DNA of 64,000 bases from Pseudomonadota bacterium (GCA_021847105.1 JAJZUT010000018.1:13526-77525); one strand, 5' to 3'; counted from the first letter of the stretch, positions 1 through 11,337 are shown. Notes: generated by a model not told the origin, from the sequence alone. Made by a program: numbers and translations.

Positions 1-1259
1 GTATCGCGGTGACCGATACCCGTGACGCACCGCCACAGCTCGCTCAGCTGCATGCGCTCGATCCGGCCATCGAAGTGCGTGCCGGTGGCCTCGATGCCGG
101 TCTGCTCGATGAGGCGGTCTGTGTGGTGGCCTCCCCGGGTCTGCCGCTCGATCTGCCGTTCTTCGCCGACGCGCGCCGCAGGGGCTTGGAGATATTCGGT
201 GACATCGAGCTATTTGCACGTGCTGTGAGCGCGCCGGTTGCCGGCATCACCGGCACTAACGGTAAGAGCACTGTGACCAGCCTGCTCGGACGGATGGCCG
301 CGCGCGCCGGTGTCGCCGTGCGCGTCGGTGGCAACCTCGGCGAACCGGCGCTGGAGCTGTTGGCCGCGGCCGAGCGCTCGGCGCGGCCCACCGAGCTGTA
401 CGTGCTCGAGCTGTCGAGTTTTCAGCTCGACACCACTGAGTCGCTCGACCTGAAGGCCGCCGCAGTACTCAACGTGACCCCCGATCATCTCGATCGCTAC
501 GCCTCGCTCGAGGACTACGCGTTATCGAAGGCACGTATCTTCGAGCGCTGTGATACGGCCGTGGTCAACCTCGACGATCCGTTCGTGGCACGCATGACGC
601 GCCGCGCGCAGCGCATGCTCGGCTTCTCCGTCAGTGGTGCCAGCAACGCCGACTACACTGTGCAGGAGCGCGACGGACGCTGGCTTGTGCGCCGGGGCGA
701 AGCGCTCCTGTCGGTCTCCTCGATGCGTCTGCGCGGGATGCACAACGCTGCCAACGCGCTGGCGGCACTCGCCCTCGGTGAGGCGCTCGAGCTGCCGATG
801 GCGGCGATGCTGGCGGAACTGCGCGAATTCCCAGGGCTGCCGCACCGCACTCAGTGGGTGGCCGAAGCGGCGGGCGTGACCTATGTCAATGACTCCAAGG
901 GCACGAACGTCGGGGCGACGCTCGCCGCCGTGAGTGGAATGGACGGTCCGCTGGTGCTCATCGCGGGCGGGGAGGGCAAGAACCAGGATTTCACGCCCCT
1001 CGCCGCCGCGCTGCGCGGCAAGGTGCGGCACGCGGTACTGATCGGTCGCGACGGACCGGCCATTGGCCGTGTGCTCGTCGGGGTCTGCCCGACCGAGCTG
1101 TGCGGCTCGATGAGTGAGGCGGTGCGGGCCGCGGCGCGCGCGGCGGTTTCAGGCGACACCGTGCTGCTGTCCCCGGCGTGTGCCAGTCTCGATATGTTTC
1201 GCGACTACGCGCAGCGCGGTGACACATTCGCCGCGGCGGTGCGGGAGCTGCGCTCATGA
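1..1259 (+). CDS. murD: UDP-N-acetylmuramoylalanine--D-glutamate ligase MurD, 5' end cut by window edge
   Basis: ORF 9..1259 stays open to the window start and lacks the N-terminal Rossmann segment. Mur-ligase P-loop GITGTNGKSTV. Stop overlaps the ftsW start (ATGA at 1256-1259). Fits dcw gene order. Confidence 0.9.
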   Translation, partial: IAVTDTRDAPPQLAQLHALDPAIEVRAGGLDAGLLDEAVCVVASPGLPLDLPFFADARRRGLEIFGDIELFARAVSAPVAGITGTNGKSTVTSLLGRMAARAGVAVRVGGNLGEPALELLAAAERSARPTELYVLELSSFQLDTTESLDLKAAAVLNVTPDHLDRYASLEDYALSKARIFERCDTAVVNLDDPFVARMTRRAQRMLGFSVSGASNADYTVQERDGRWLVRRGEALLSVSSMRLRGMHNAANALAALALGEALELPMAAMLAELREFPGLPHRTQWVAEAAGVTYVNDSKGTNVGATLAAVSGMDGPLVLIAGGEGKNQDFTPLAAALRGKVRHAVLIGRDGPAIGRVLVGVCPTELCGSMSEAVRAAARAAVSGDTVLLSPACASLDMFRDYAQRGDTFAAAVRELRS

Positions 1260-2452
1260 GCACAGCGGAACGCACACCGATGTCATTTGCCCGCTCGAGC
1301 GGACGCGGACGCGTGATCCACATCGACACCGCGACATTGGCGCTGGTGCTCGCAATCCTGCTGTTCGGACTGATCATGATGACCTCGGCGTCGATCTCGA
1401 TCGCCGGCCAGTACACCGGTCAGCCGTTCTACTTTCTCGAGCGGCAGCTGATCGCAGTGGCTCTCGGCGTTGCCGGTGCGGTGTTTGTGTTCAGTCTCAA
1501 ATGCGAGCGCCTCGAGCGCATATCACCCTGGTTGATGGTCGCAGCCGTCGTGTTGTTGCTGGCGGTGCTGGTGCCGGGGCTCGGGCTGCGGGTCAACGGC
1601 GGCCGGCGCTGGCTGCATCTGGCCGGCTTCAGCTTCCAGATCTCGGAACTCGCGCGCTTACTGGTCCTGGTGTACATCGCAAGCTATGCCACGCGCCGCC
1701 AGGACGAGTTGCGCGAGAGTTTTGCCGGGCTTGCCAAGCCGCTCGCGCTGCTCGCGCTGATCGCTGCGCTGCTGCTCGGGGAGCCTGATTTCGGCGCCGC
1801 GGCCGTCATGTTCGCCACTGGCTTCGGTATGTTGTTTCTCGCCGGTGCGCGCCTGCGCTATGTGACGGCGCTGACGCTGGTGGCGGTGCTCGCCTTCGCC
1901 GTGCTGGCAGTGACCTCCGCCTACCGGATGCGTCGCATCACCGGATTCATCAATCCGTGGGCTTCACCTTACGGCGCCGGCTTTCAGCTGACCCAGTCGC
2001 TGATTGCGATCGGCCGCGGCAAGTGGTTCGGGGTCGGTCTCGGCAACAGTGTGCAGAAGCTGTTCTACCTGCCCGAGGCGCATACCGATTTCCTGTTCGC
2101 GGTACTCGCCGAGGAGCTTGGGCTCGCCGGGGTGCTACTCACCATTGGTCTGTTTGTCGGGTTCATCTGGCGCATCTTTCAGATCGCCGAACTCGCAGCG
2201 CGTGCCGGACTCACCTTCCACCGGTTGCTTGCAGCCGGATTCGGACTGTGGCTCGGCATGCAGACCTTCATCAACATCGGCGTGAACATGGGCATTCTGC
2301 CCACCAAGGGACTGACGCTGCCGATGATGAGCTACGGGCGCTCGAGCATGATCATGACGCTCGTGTGGGTGGGGCTGCTGCTGCGGATCTATCACGAGAC
2401 GCTGCTCGAGAGCCGTGGTGCGGCGCGCTTGCGCCCGGAGCAGTCCGCATGA
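1256..2452 (+). CDS. ftsW: SEDS-family cell-division peptidoglycan polymerase FtsW
   Basis: 398-aa polytopic membrane protein with SEDS-like C-terminal region (LPTKGLTLPMMSYGRSS). ATGA overlaps with both murD and murG. Fits dcw order. Confidence 0.9.
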   Translation: MSTAERTPMSFARSSGRGRVIHIDTATLALVLAILLFGLIMMTSASISIAGQYTGQPFYFLERQLIAVALGVAGAVFVFSLKCERLERISPWLMVAAVVLLLAVLVPGLGLRVNGGRRWLHLAGFSFQISELARLLVLVYIASYATRRQDELRESFAGLAKPLALLALIAALLLGEPDFGAAAVMFATGFGMLFLAGARLRYVTALTLVAVLAFAVLAVTSAYRMRRITGFINPWASPYGAGFQLTQSLIAIGRGKWFGVGLGNSVQKLFYLPEAHTDFLFAVLAEELGLAGVLLTIGLFVGFIWRIFQIAELAARAGLTFHRLLAAGFGLWLGMQTFINIGVNMGILPTKGLTLPMMSYGRSSMIMTLVWVGLLLRIYHETLLESRGAARLRPEQSA

Positions 2453-3534
2453 AAGGGCCCGTCCTCATTATGGCCGGCGGCACGGGAGGGCACGTCTTTC
2501 CGGCACTCGCCCTCGCCCGCAGCCTGCGAGCGCAAGCCGTGGAAGTCATCTGGCTCGGCACGCGGCGGGGCATAGAGGCACGCCTGGTGCCCGCCGAAGG
2601 TATCCCCATCGAATGGCTGTCGGTGGGCGGTCTGCGCGGCAAGGGCTGGAAGACTCGGCTCGCCGCGCCGTGGCGCTTGACGGTGGCGCTGTGGCAGGCG
2701 CTTGGGGTGATGCGCCGGCGCCGCCCGCGCGTGGTGGTGGGACTGGGCGGCTTCGTTACGGGCCCGGGGGGGATCGCTGCGTGGCTGACACGCCGACCGC
2801 TCCTGATCCACGAGCAGAACGCCATCGCAGGCTTTACCAATCGAACACTCGCACCGCTCGCGCGCGAGGTGCTCGAGGCCTTTGCGGGCAGCTTCGAGCA
2901 GTCCGTGCACGCGCGCGTCATCGGCAACCCGGTGCGCAGCGAGATCATCGCGCTGGCTCCGCCGCGAGAGCGCCTGGCCGGCCGTGGCGCCGCGCTGCGA
3001 GTGCTGGTTGTGGGTGGCAGTCAAGGAGCAGTCCGGCTCAACACCGTGGTGCCGTACGCGCTGGCGAGAGCGGCGCTGATCTGCCGTCTCGATGTGCGCC
3101 ACCAGGCGGGAGAGCGGTGGCTTGATGCCTGCCGGCAGACTTATGCCGAAGCCGGCGTGCGTGCCGACGTGCAGCCGTTCATTGCCGACATGGCTGGCGC
3201 GTACGCCTGGGCCGATCTGGTGATCTGCCGGGCGGGCGCGCTGACGATCTCGGAGCTAGCTGCGGCTGGTATCGGCGCGGTGCTCGTGCCGTTTCCGGCG
3301 GCCGTCGATGATCACCAGACATACAACGCGCGGCTGCTGGTTCGCCAAGGCGCTGCGATTCTGTTGCCCGAACGCGAGCTCACCGCCGAGCGGCTCGCCG
3401 GGGAGATCGAACGGCTGTGTGCCGATCGCGAGCGGCTCGTGCAGATGGCCGAGCGCGCCCGCGCGCTGGCCCGGCCGGACGCCACCGAGGTGCTCACCGA
3501 CACGTGCCTGAAGTATCTGAGGAGGGCCGCATGA
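2449..3534 (+). CDS. murG: UDP-N-acetylglucosamine--N-acetylmuramyl-(pentapeptide) pyrophosphoryl-undecaprenol GlcNAc transferase MurG
   Basis: Internal ATG at 2449 of ORF 1957..3534 gives [23 protein letters not shown], the MurG G-loop. ATGA overlap with the ftsW stop. The upstream part of the ORF overlaps ftsW and is rejected. Confidence 0.9.
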   Translation: MKGPVLIMAGGTGGHVFPALALARSLRAQAVEVIWLGTRRGIEARLVPAEGIPIEWLSVGGLRGKGWKTRLAAPWRLTVALWQALGVMRRRRPRVVVGLGGFVTGPGGIAAWLTRRPLLIHEQNAIAGFTNRTLAPLAREVLEAFAGSFEQSVHARVIGNPVRSEIIALAPPRERLAGRGAALRVLVVGGSQGAVRLNTVVPYALARAALICRLDVRHQAGERWLDACRQTYAEAGVRADVQPFIADMAGAYAWADLVICRAGALTISELAAAGIGAVLVPFPAAVDDHQTYNARLLVRQGAAILLPERELTAERLAGEIERLCADRERLVQMAERARALARPDATEVLTDTCLKYLRRAA

Positions 3535-4997
3535 GCGGGTTGCCTGAGGCGCCGGGGGAGCGCCGCGGGGCGAGCGGCATCGGTCGCATGCGTCGCATCG
3601 AGACCATTCATTTTGTCGGCATCGGCGGCAGCGGCATGAGCGGCATTGCCGAAGTGCTACTCAACCTCGGCTACCGCGTGCAGGGTTCGGATCTGCGGGC
3701 GAGCGCAGCGACTGACCGGCTCAGCGCCCTCGGCGTCAAGGTGACGCTCGGCCATGTCGCTGCCAACATCGCCGGTGCCGACGTATTGGTCGTTTCGGGG
3801 GCGGTGCCGAAAGACAACCCGGAGGTTGCTGCCGCGCTGGTCCGGCGCATTCCGGTCGTCTCGCGCGCGGAGATGTTGGGCGAGCTGATGCGCTTCCGCT
3901 ACGCAATCGCAGTTGCGGGCACCCATGGCAAGACGACTACCACCAGTCTCATCGCCAGCATTCTCGCCGAGGGCGGCGAGGACCCGACCTTCGTCATCGG
4001 CGGTCGTCTCAAGAGCGCGGGCAGCCACGCACGTCTGGGCTCGGGCCGTTATCTGGTCGCCGAGGCCGATGAGAGCGACGCCTCATTCATGCACCTGCAA
4101 CCGCTCGTGGCGGTGGTCACCAACATCGACAACGACCACCTTGCCACCCACGGCGGAGACTTCGCCCGCCTGGCTCAGAGCTTCATCGATTTTCTGCATA
4201 ATCTGCCGTTTTACGGCCTGGCGGTGCTCGGCCTGGACTGTGAGCACGTGCGCGCCATCCTCCCTAGAGTCGGACGCCACGTGCTCACGTACGGTCTGAG
4301 TGCGGATGCAGACGTGCGTGCAAGCGACTTGCGCCGCGATGGCCTCAAAACGCGCTTCACCGTGACCCGTCCGGTCGGCGGACCGCTCGAGGTGACGGTC
4401 AACCTGCCTGGCACGCACAACGTGCTCAACGCGCTGGCGGCGATCGCCGTGGCCACCGATCTCGGTATCGCCGATCAGTCCATCGGTCGCGCGCTCGCGC
4501 AGTTTCAGGGTATCGATCGACGGCTGCAGCACGTTGCTGACATCGAGACCGGAGTCGGCAAAGTCACTGTCGTGGATGACTACGGTCATCACCCGACTGA
4601 GGTGGCGGCGACGCTCGAAGCGCTGCGCCAGGGGTACCCCGGCCGACGTATCGTGCTTGCCTTTCAGCCGCACCGCTACAGCCGCACTCACGATCTGATC
4701 GACGATTTCGGCAGAGTGCTCGCCGGGGTCGACGTGCTGCTGGTGACCGAGGTGTATGCGGCGGGCGAGGCGCCCATTGCCGGCGCCGACGGTCGGGCCA
4801 TCTGCCGCGCGGTGCGCAGCCGCGGACAGGTCGAGCCGCTGTTTGTGGCGCGCGTCGAGGAGCTGGCCGAGTCTCTGCGTGACGTGATCCGCGACGGCGA
4901 CCTGATCGTCACGATGGGTGCTGGCAACATCAGCGCCGTCGCGCACGGTCTGGCGCAGCGGCTCGCGGCAGTCCTGCCGCCGCGAGGGCACTCATGA
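3531..4997 (+). CDS. murC: UDP-N-acetylmuramate--L-alanine ligase MurC
   Basis: ATG at 3531 overlaps the murG stop. Motifs [14 protein letters not shown] and [13 protein letters not shown] (Mur ligase). Fits dcw order. Confidence 0.9.
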   Translation: MSGLPEAPGERRGASGIGRMRRIETIHFVGIGGSGMSGIAEVLLNLGYRVQGSDLRASAATDRLSALGVKVTLGHVAANIAGADVLVVSGAVPKDNPEVAAALVRRIPVVSRAEMLGELMRFRYAIAVAGTHGKTTTTSLIASILAEGGEDPTFVIGGRLKSAGSHARLGSGRYLVAEADESDASFMHLQPLVAVVTNIDNDHLATHGGDFARLAQSFIDFLHNLPFYGLAVLGLDCEHVRAILPRVGRHVLTYGLSADADVRASDLRRDGLKTRFTVTRPVGGPLEVTVNLPGTHNVLNALAAIAVATDLGIADQSIGRALAQFQGIDRRLQHVADIETGVGKVTVVDDYGHHPTEVAATLEALRQGYPGRRIVLAFQPHRYSRTHDLIDDFGRVLAGVDVLLVTEVYAAGEAPIAGADGRAICRAVRSRGQVEPLFVARVEELAESLRDVIRDGDLIVTMGAGNISAVAHGLAQRLAAVLPPRGHS

Positions 4998-5890
4998 CCG
5001 TTGTGCTCGCTCCACAGTTCCAGAAGCGCATCCGCCGCGAGGAGCCGATGGACCGGCATACCTCGTGGCACGTCGGCGGTCCGGCAGAGATCTTCTTCAC
5101 GCCGGAGAATCGGGCGGACCTCGCGGCATTTCTGCGCAATCTGCCCGCCGAGGTGCCGGTTTACTGGGTAGGCCTCGGCAGCAACCTGCTGGTGCGTGAC
5201 GGCGGTGTACGCGGCGTGGTGGTGTGCACGCAAGGGGCGCTGGAGCGGCTCGAGCGCACCAGTGAGACCACGGTGTACGGCGAGAGTGGCGTGGCCTGTG
5301 CGCGCATCGCGCGCCAGTGCATCCGCTGGGGGCTGGGGCCGGCGGAATTCCTGGCCGGCATCCCTGGGACCCTCGGTGGTGCGCTCGCGATGAACGCCGG
5401 GGCGTTCGGTGGGGAGACCTGGCGGCACGTCCTCGAGGTCGAGACGATCGATCGACGCGGCCGCGAGCATCGGCGCGCGGCTGGCGAGTACCGCGTGAGC
5501 TATCGGCATGTCGAGTCGCCGGCCGAGGACGAGTGCTTCCTGGGTGCGACGCTGCGCTTTGAGAAGCGCCCCGCGGCGCACGCCGACGAAGTACGCGAGC
5601 TGCTCGAGCGTCGCCGAGCCACTCAGCCCATCGGGGCGTGGAGCTGCGGCTCGGTGTTCACCAACCCGCCAGGCGATCACGCCGCGCGGCTGATCGAGGC
5701 GAGTGGCTTGAAGGGGCTCAGCGTCGGGGGCGCTTCGGTGTCCGACAAGCACGCCAACTTCATCATCAACCACGGCACGGCCAGCGCGAACGACATCGAG
5801 ACGTTGATCGGAAAGGTGCAGGAGGTCGTCGCACGCGAGCACGGGATCGCGCTCAGCACCGAAGTGCGCATCGTGGGGGAGGGACGCTGA
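4994..5890 (+). CDS. murB: UDP-N-acetylenolpyruvoylglucosamine reductase MurB
   Basis: 298-aa ORF. ATGA overlap with murC. FAD-binding type N-terminus ([11 protein letters not shown]) and C-terminal [17 protein letters not shown] motifs typical of MurB. Confidence 0.9.
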   Translation: MTVVLAPQFQKRIRREEPMDRHTSWHVGGPAEIFFTPENRADLAAFLRNLPAEVPVYWVGLGSNLLVRDGGVRGVVVCTQGALERLERTSETTVYGESGVACARIARQCIRWGLGPAEFLAGIPGTLGGALAMNAGAFGGETWRHVLEVETIDRRGREHRRAAGEYRVSYRHVESPAEDECFLGATLRFEKRPAAHADEVRELLERRRATQPIGAWSCGSVFTNPPGDHAARLIEASGLKGLSVGGASVSDKHANFIINHGTASANDIETLIGKVQEVVAREHGIALSTEVRIVGEGR

Positions 5891-6879
5891 TGCGGTTGCG
5901 GCACGATCCAGCTGGACTGCACCGCGCACACGCGAGCGCCGAATTCGGTCGTGTTGCAGTGCTGGCCGGCGGCGACTCGAGCGAACGGGAGGTGTCACTG
6001 CTCACCGGCGCGGCGGTGCTTGAGGCGCTCAAGCGCCGTGGCGTCGCTGCCGAGGCGTTTGATCCGCGCGAGCGCTCGTTGCTCGAGCTTCTGAGCGCGC
6101 GTTACGAGCGGGTGTGGCTCGCACTGCACGGCCCAGGCGGAGAAGATGGCACGGTGCAGGGCGCGCTGGAGTATCTCGGCGTGCCCTACACGGGCAGCGG
6201 CGTCATGGGTTCAGCGATCGGCATGGATAAGCTGCGTACCAAGCGCCTCGCCAAGGCCGTGGGCGTGGCGACGCCTGCGGCGCTCGAGCTCACCGGGCCG
6301 CAGGACTTCGAACTTGCGATCGAGCGGCTCGGGCTGCCGCTGGTCGTCAAACCTCTGACTCAGGGCTCAAGCGTCGGCATCAGCAAAGTGGAGCGGGCCG
6401 CCGAGCTGCCCGCCGCCTATGCAACCGCGCGCGCCGTCGAGACGAGCGTCTTTGCCGAGTCTTGGCTCGCCGGAGCGGAATACACCGTGGCGCTCTTGCA
6501 GGGTGCGGCCCTGCCCTCGATCCGGATCGAGACCTCGCAGACCTTCTACGATTACGCCGCAAAATACGAGCGGGACGATACCCGCTACCTGTGCCCCTCC
6601 GGACTGTCCGAACCCGCGGAACGGCATCTGGCCAGTCTGGCGATCGCCGCCTACGAGGCCATCGGCGGTGAGGGTTGGGGAAGGGTCGACTTCCGGATGG
6701 ATGCGACCGGCCGGCCGCTCCTTCTTGAAGTCAACACCGTGCCGGGCATGACCGGGCACTCGTTGGTGCCGATGGCCGCCCGGGCCGCAGGCATCGACTT
6801 CGATGAGCTGGTCTGGCGCGTCCTCGAGACCAGCTTCGTGCGTCGCGCTGTTGAGCCCGGACGTGGCGAGGCGAGCTGA
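5890..6879 (+). CDS. ddl: D-alanine--D-alanine ligase
   Basis: ATG at 5890 overlaps the murB stop (TGATG). RVAVLAGGDSSEREVSL start region and ATP-grasp C-terminus (LLEVNTVPGMT). Confidence 0.9.
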   Translation: MRLRHDPAGLHRAHASAEFGRVAVLAGGDSSEREVSLLTGAAVLEALKRRGVAAEAFDPRERSLLELLSARYERVWLALHGPGGEDGTVQGALEYLGVPYTGSGVMGSAIGMDKLRTKRLAKAVGVATPAALELTGPQDFELAIERLGLPLVVKPLTQGSSVGISKVERAAELPAAYATARAVETSVFAESWLAGAEYTVALLQGAALPSIRIETSQTFYDYAAKYERDDTRYLCPSGLSEPAERHLASLAIAAYEAIGGEGWGRVDFRMDATGRPLLLEVNTVPGMTGHSLVPMAARAAGIDFDELVWRVLETSFVRRAVEPGRGEAS

Positions 6880-6883
6880 CGTC

Positions 6884-7756
6884 ATGCTCAAGCGAACCGG
6901 CAAGCGACGTTCCGCGGAGATTGGCGCCCCAGGGGGCCAGCGACTGAGGCGACGGCTGCTCGTCACGCTCGCGGTGGCGGCGGTGCTCGCAACGGCGTTG
7001 TGGGCGCTCAATCGCCCGATCCGCAGCGTGACTTTGCGGGGCGGGTTCGAGCATCTCTCTCCCCTCGCGGTCGAGCGGGCCGTCGCAGCGCAGGCGGCCG
7101 GCGCAGGCATCCTGACCGTGAACCTGGCTCGGGTCCGCGCGGCGGTCGATGCGCTGCCGTGGGTGGCGCGCTCGAGTGTGCGGCGCGTATGGCCCGACGC
7201 GCTCGCAGTGCGCGTGCACGAGCAGGTCGCGTTCGCGCGCTGGAATGGCAGCGGACTGGTCAATCGCAGCGGCGTGCCGTTCTTGACCGCGGCGGCTGCG
7301 CTGCCGCAGGGATTACCGCGACTTTCGGGACCGAGCGGGACCGCCGCTGAGGTCACGCATCGGTATCTCAGCATGAGCGAGCAGCTCGCGCCGGAGGGCT
7401 TCGCGATCAGCGCGCTCGCGCTCGATGCGCGGGGTACTTGGCAATTCACACTGAACGACGGGATCACCGTGCGATTGGGGCGATCGCAGCTCGATGAGCG
7501 GTTCGAAAAATTCGTCAACGTGGCGCTGACGATCGTCAAGCGACGCGCCCAGGACATCTCTTACATCGATATGCGTTACATGAACGGTTTTGCCATTGGT
7601 TGGCGCGCGGGCGCGTTGCGTGAGGCTTCGCCCGCGCAGCTCTCCCGCGCAGGGCGCGTCGCGCAGGCGACGAGCGTCCGCGCAGGGTGCGCGGGCTTGG
7701 GCGCCTGTCGCCACGGACGGTCCGCGGTATGGTCTGCAGGAGACAACGATGCGTAA
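6884..7756 (+). CDS. ftsQ: cell division protein FtsQ
   Basis: ATG at 6884 inside ORF 6803..7756. Basic N-terminus followed by a single TM (LLVTLAVAAVLATALWAL), then a POTRA-like region. Lies between ddl and ftsA. The 3' end overlaps the ftsA start by 8 nt. Confidence 0.8.
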   Translation: MLKRTGKRRSAEIGAPGGQRLRRRLLVTLAVAAVLATALWALNRPIRSVTLRGGFEHLSPLAVERAVAAQAAGAGILTVNLARVRAAVDALPWVARSSVRRVWPDALAVRVHEQVAFARWNGSGLVNRSGVPFLTAAAALPQGLPRLSGPSGTAAEVTHRYLSMSEQLAPEGFAISALALDARGTWQFTLNDGITVRLGRSQLDERFEKFVNVALTIVKRRAQDISYIDMRYMNGFAIGWRAGALREASPAQLSRAGRVAQATSVRAGCAGLGACRHGRSAVWSAGDNDA

Positions 7757-8984
7757 GCGATCCGATCGGGACCTGATCGTCGGTCTTGATATCGGCACCT
7801 CCAAGGTCCTCGCGCTGGTGGGCGAAGTCGGCGCCGACGGGGCGATTGAAGTGCTCGGTATCGGCACTCAGCCATCGCGCGGCCTGAAAAAAGGAGTGGT
7901 GGTCAACATCGAATCGACCGTGCAGTCGATCCAGCGCGCGGTCGAGGAGGCCGAGCTGATGGCCGGTTGCGAGATCCACTCGGTGTTCGCCGGCATCGCC
8001 GGCAGTCACGTGCGCAGTCTCAACTCGCATGGGGTGGTGGCAATCCGCGACCGCGAAGTTACGCCGGGGGATGTCGAGCACGTGATCGATGCGGCGCGCG
8101 CGCTCGCCATCCCGGCTGACCAGAAGATCCTGCACGTGCTGCCGCAGGAGTTCGTGGTCGACGGCCAGGAGGGCATCCGCGACCCGATCGGCATGTCCGG
8201 CGTGCGCCTCGAGGCGAAGGTTCACATCGTTACCGGCGCCGACAGCGCGGCGCAGAACATCGAGAAGTGCATCAAACGCTGCGGCCTGGAGGTCGAGGAC
8301 GTGGTGCTCGAGCAGCTCGCCTCGAGTTTCGCGGTGCTCACGGACGATGAGAAGGAGTTGGGGGTGTGCATGGTGGACATCGGCGGTGGCACCACCGATA
8401 TCGCCGTGTTCGCGCAGGGCGCGATCCGCCACACCGCGGTGATCCCGATCGCCGGGGATCAGGTGACCAACGACATCGCAGTCTCGATGCGCACTCCGAC
8501 CCAGCATGCCGAGGACATCAAGATCCGTTATGCATGCGCACTCGCGAAACTCGCCAACCCCGACGAGAGCATCGAGGTGCCGAGCGTCGGGGACCGCCCT
8601 GCGCGCCGCCTTGCCCGGCAGACGTTGGCCGAGATCGTCGAGCCGCGTTACGAGGAGTTGTTTGGACTGGTGCGCGATGAGCTGCGCCGCAGCGGTTTCG
8701 AGGAAATCATCGTCGCGGGCGTGGTGCTCACCGGCGGCAGCGCCCGCATGGAAGGGGTGATCGAGCTCGCCGAGGAAGTGTTTCACGTGCCAGTGCGTCT
8801 GGGCCTGCCGCAGCAAGTGCAGGGACTCGCCGACGTGGTGCGCAATCCGGTGTTTGCCACTGGCGTGGGGCTGTTGCTCTATGCCCGCGACAACATTCTG
8901 CCTGCCCGCCGCGGGCGCTCGCTCGGCAACAATGCCAAGTCGACGCTCGGCCGCATGCGGGCCTGGTTCCAAGGGAATTTCTGA
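7749..8984 (+). CDS. ftsA: cell division protein FtsA
   Basis: ATG at 7749 gives MRKRSDRDLIVGLDIGTSKV (actin-like phosphate-1 motif). VDIGGGTTDIAVF motif. Position upstream of ftsZ. Confidence 0.92.
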   Translation: MRKRSDRDLIVGLDIGTSKVLALVGEVGADGAIEVLGIGTQPSRGLKKGVVVNIESTVQSIQRAVEEAELMAGCEIHSVFAGIAGSHVRSLNSHGVVAIRDREVTPGDVEHVIDAARALAIPADQKILHVLPQEFVVDGQEGIRDPIGMSGVRLEAKVHIVTGADSAAQNIEKCIKRCGLEVEDVVLEQLASSFAVLTDDEKELGVCMVDIGGGTTDIAVFAQGAIRHTAVIPIAGDQVTNDIAVSMRTPTQHAEDIKIRYACALAKLANPDESIEVPSVGDRPARRLARQTLAEIVEPRYEELFGLVRDELRRSGFEEIIVAGVVLTGGSARMEGVIELAEEVFHVPVRLGLPQQVQGLADVVRNPVFATGVGLLLYARDNILPARRGRSLGNNAKSTLGRMRAWFQGNF

Positions 8985-9029
8985 TTGTGATTCGTTTCAT
9001 TCAACTTAGCCATCATCGAGGAGCGCGCA

Positions 9030-10250
9030 ATGTTTGAACTAATGGATGCCTACAGCCAGAGCGCCGTGATCAAGGTCATCGGCGTGGGGGGTGGAGGCGG
9101 CAATGCCGTCGCCCACATGCTGACGAGCGGGATCGAGGGCGTGGAGTTCATGTGTGTCAACACCGACGCGCAGGCGTTGAAGCACGCGAAGGTCAAGACC
9201 GCGCTGCAGATCGGCAGCAACATCACCAAGGGCCTTGGCGCGGGCGCTGACCCCGAGGTCGGCCGCCAAGCGGCCATGGAGGATCGGGACCGCATTGTCG
9301 AGCTCATCAAGGGATGCGACATGCTGTTCATCACCGCGGGCATGGGCGGCGGCACTGGCACGGGCGGTGCGCCGATCGTGGCCCAGGTCGCCAAGGAGCT
9401 GGGCATCCTCACGGTCGCGGTGGTCACGCGTCCGTTCGAGATGGAAGGCGGCAAGCGCTCGAATGTCGCCGATCACGGCATAGCCGAGCTGGCCAAGTAC
9501 TGCGACTCGCTGATCACGATCCCGAACCAGAAGCTGCTGACCGTCCTCGGGGCGCAGACCACGCTGCTCGATGCGTTCAAGTCGGCCAATCAGGTGCTGC
9601 AGGGCGCGGTGCAGGGCATTGCCGAGCTCATCACCCGTCCCGGCCTGATCAACGTCGACTTCGCCGATGTGCGCACGGTCATGTCCGAGACCGGCATGGC
9701 GATGATGGGCACCGGTACGGCCAGCGGAGAAGGACGCGCGCGCGCGGCCGCCGAGGCTGCCGTGTCCTCGCCGCTGCTCGAAGACATCAATCTCTCCGGC
9801 GCGCACGGCATTCTGGTCAACGTGACCGCCGGCATGGATCTGTCCATCGGTGAGTTCCAGGAGGTCGGTCAGATCGTCAAGGAGTTCGCCTCTGAGGACG
9901 CCACCGTCGTGGTGGGGACGGTGATCGATCCGGAGCTGAGCAATCTCGTGCGCGTGACGGTCGTGGCGACCGGCCTCGGTCGTCCGGCGGTCGCGAGCGG
10001 GGCACGGCCGACCATCGGCGCGATGCAGCGTGAGGCGGTCGGGACCCGTGAAGCGGCGCTGCCGCGCGATGCGCGCGCCGAGCCGCCGATGCGCGTGGTA
10101 CGTCGCAGCGCGCCTTCCAGCAGCGACTACGCGCGGCTCGACCGGCCGACCGTGCAGCGCCAGCGTGCCGTGGGCGACGGGCTGCGGCAGGACGTCCCGC
10201 CGGATGATCTGCTCGACATTCCGGCGTTCCTGCGCCGCCAGGCAGACTGA
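9030..10250 (+). CDS. ftsZ: cell division GTPase FtsZ
   Basis: Tubulin signature [23 protein letters not shown]-terminus, conserved C-terminal peptide [20 protein letters not shown] at 9018-9023. Confidence 0.97.
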   Translation: MFELMDAYSQSAVIKVIGVGGGGGNAVAHMLTSGIEGVEFMCVNTDAQALKHAKVKTALQIGSNITKGLGAGADPEVGRQAAMEDRDRIVELIKGCDMLFITAGMGGGTGTGGAPIVAQVAKELGILTVAVVTRPFEMEGGKRSNVADHGIAELAKYCDSLITIPNQKLLTVLGAQTTLLDAFKSANQVLQGAVQGIAELITRPGLINVDFADVRTVMSETGMAMMGTGTASGEGRARAAAEAAVSSPLLEDINLSGAHGILVNVTAGMDLSIGEFQEVGQIVKEFASEDATVVVGTVIDPELSNLVRVTVVATGLGRPAVASGARPTIGAMQREAVGTREAALPRDARAEPPMRVVRRSAPSSSDYARLDRPTVQRQRAVGDGLRQDVPPDDLLDIPAFLRRQAD

Positions 10251-10260
10251 GCCGTCGCTG

Positions 10261-10296
10261 CCGTCCCCCGGGGTCTGATGGCCCCCCGGGGGACGG
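10261..10296 (+). other. perfect 13-bp GC-rich stem-loop just downstream of ftsZ (possible attenuator/processing element)
   Basis: CCGTCCCCCGGGG (10261-10273) pairs perfectly with CCCCGGGGGACGG (10284-10296). No clear U-tract follows, so it is not a canonical intrinsic terminator. Confidence 0.5.
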
Positions 10297-10422
10297 TCTG
10301 GTGGCGCTGCCCGGCGACATGGAGTAAATAGAGCGGCTATGGTAGGGTAGCCGACCACTACCCGCCCGAGGGCGGCCCATACTTGGGTGGGCCGCGGGCG
10401 CGCGGACCACAGAAAAACTCTC

Positions 10423-11337
10423 ATGGTTGGACAACGGACGCTGAAGAACTCGATTCGGGCCACCGGCGTGGGTCTGCACACCGGTAAGAAAGTGCTGATG
10501 ACCCTGCGTCCCGCACCGGCCGATTCCGGCATCATCTTTCGTCGCACCGACCTGCCGACGCCGGCCGAGGTGCGCGCCCAGGCCGAGAACGTCGGGGACA
10601 CCATGCTCGGGACGACGCTCTGCAAGGGCGCTGCGCGCGTCTCAACCGTCGAGCATCTGTTGTCGGCATTTGCCGGACTCGGCATCGACAATGCGGTCGT
10701 GGAGCTGTCTGCCCCTGAGGTCCCGATCATGGATGGCAGTGCGGGTCCCTTTGTGTTCCTGCTGCAGTCCGCCGGCATCGAGGAGCAGCCCGAGCCGAAG
10801 CGGTTCATCCGCATCATTAAGCGACTGCGGGTGACCGACGGGGATAAATGGGCCGAATTCAGTCCGTTCGACGGCTTCAAGGTCAATTTCGAGATCGAAT
10901 TCAATCATCCGCTGTTCAAGCGGCGCGCGCAGCGGGCGTCGATGGACTTCTCGACCACGTCGTTTCTGAAAGAAGTCAGCCGCGCGCGTACCTTCGGCTT
11001 CCTGCGCGACCTAGAGACGTTGCGTGAACGCAACCTCGCGCTCGGCGGGAATCTCGATAACGCGATCGTGCTGGATGACTTTCGCGTGCTGAACGAGGAC
11101 GGCCTGCGCTACGAGGACGAGTTCGTCAAGCACAAGATCCTTGATGCCATTGGCGATCTGTACCTGCTGGGTCACGGTCTGATCGGCGAATTCAGCGGTT
11201 ATAAATCCGGCCACGCGCTGAACAACAAGCTGTTGCGGGAATTGCTCGCCGACAGTGCCGCTTGGGAGGAGGTTGCCTTCGATTCGTACGACGAGGCACC
11301 GATTTCCTACATCGAGGCGCCGGCACTCGGCGGCTAG
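10423..11337 (+). CDS. lpxC: UDP-3-O-acyl-N-acetylglucosamine deacetylase LpxC
   Basis: ATG at 10423 gives [24 protein letters not shown], the canonical LpxC start. [14 protein letters not shown] motif. Follows ftsZ as in E. coli. Confidence 0.93.
   Translation: MVGQRTLKNSIRATGVGLHTGKKVLMTLRPAPADSGIIFRRTDLPTPAEVRAQAENVGDTMLGTTLCKGAARVSTVEHLLSAFAGLGIDNAVVELSAPEVPIMDGSAGPFVFLLQSAGIEEQPEPKRFIRIIKRLRVTDGDKWAEFSPFDGFKVNFEIEFNHPLFKRRAQRASMDFSTTSFLKEVSRARTFGFLRDLETLRERNLALGGNLDNAIVLDDFRVLNEDGLRYEDEFVKHKILDAIGDLYLLGHGLIGEFSGYKSGHALNNKLLRELLADSAAWEEVAFDSYDEAPISYIEAPALGG

Noticed and set aside
9039-10904. 621-aa minus-strand ORF across ftsZ and lpxC
   Set aside because: It spans two well-supported plus-strand genes plus their spacer, and its product is low-complexity Arg/Ala/Gly/Pro.
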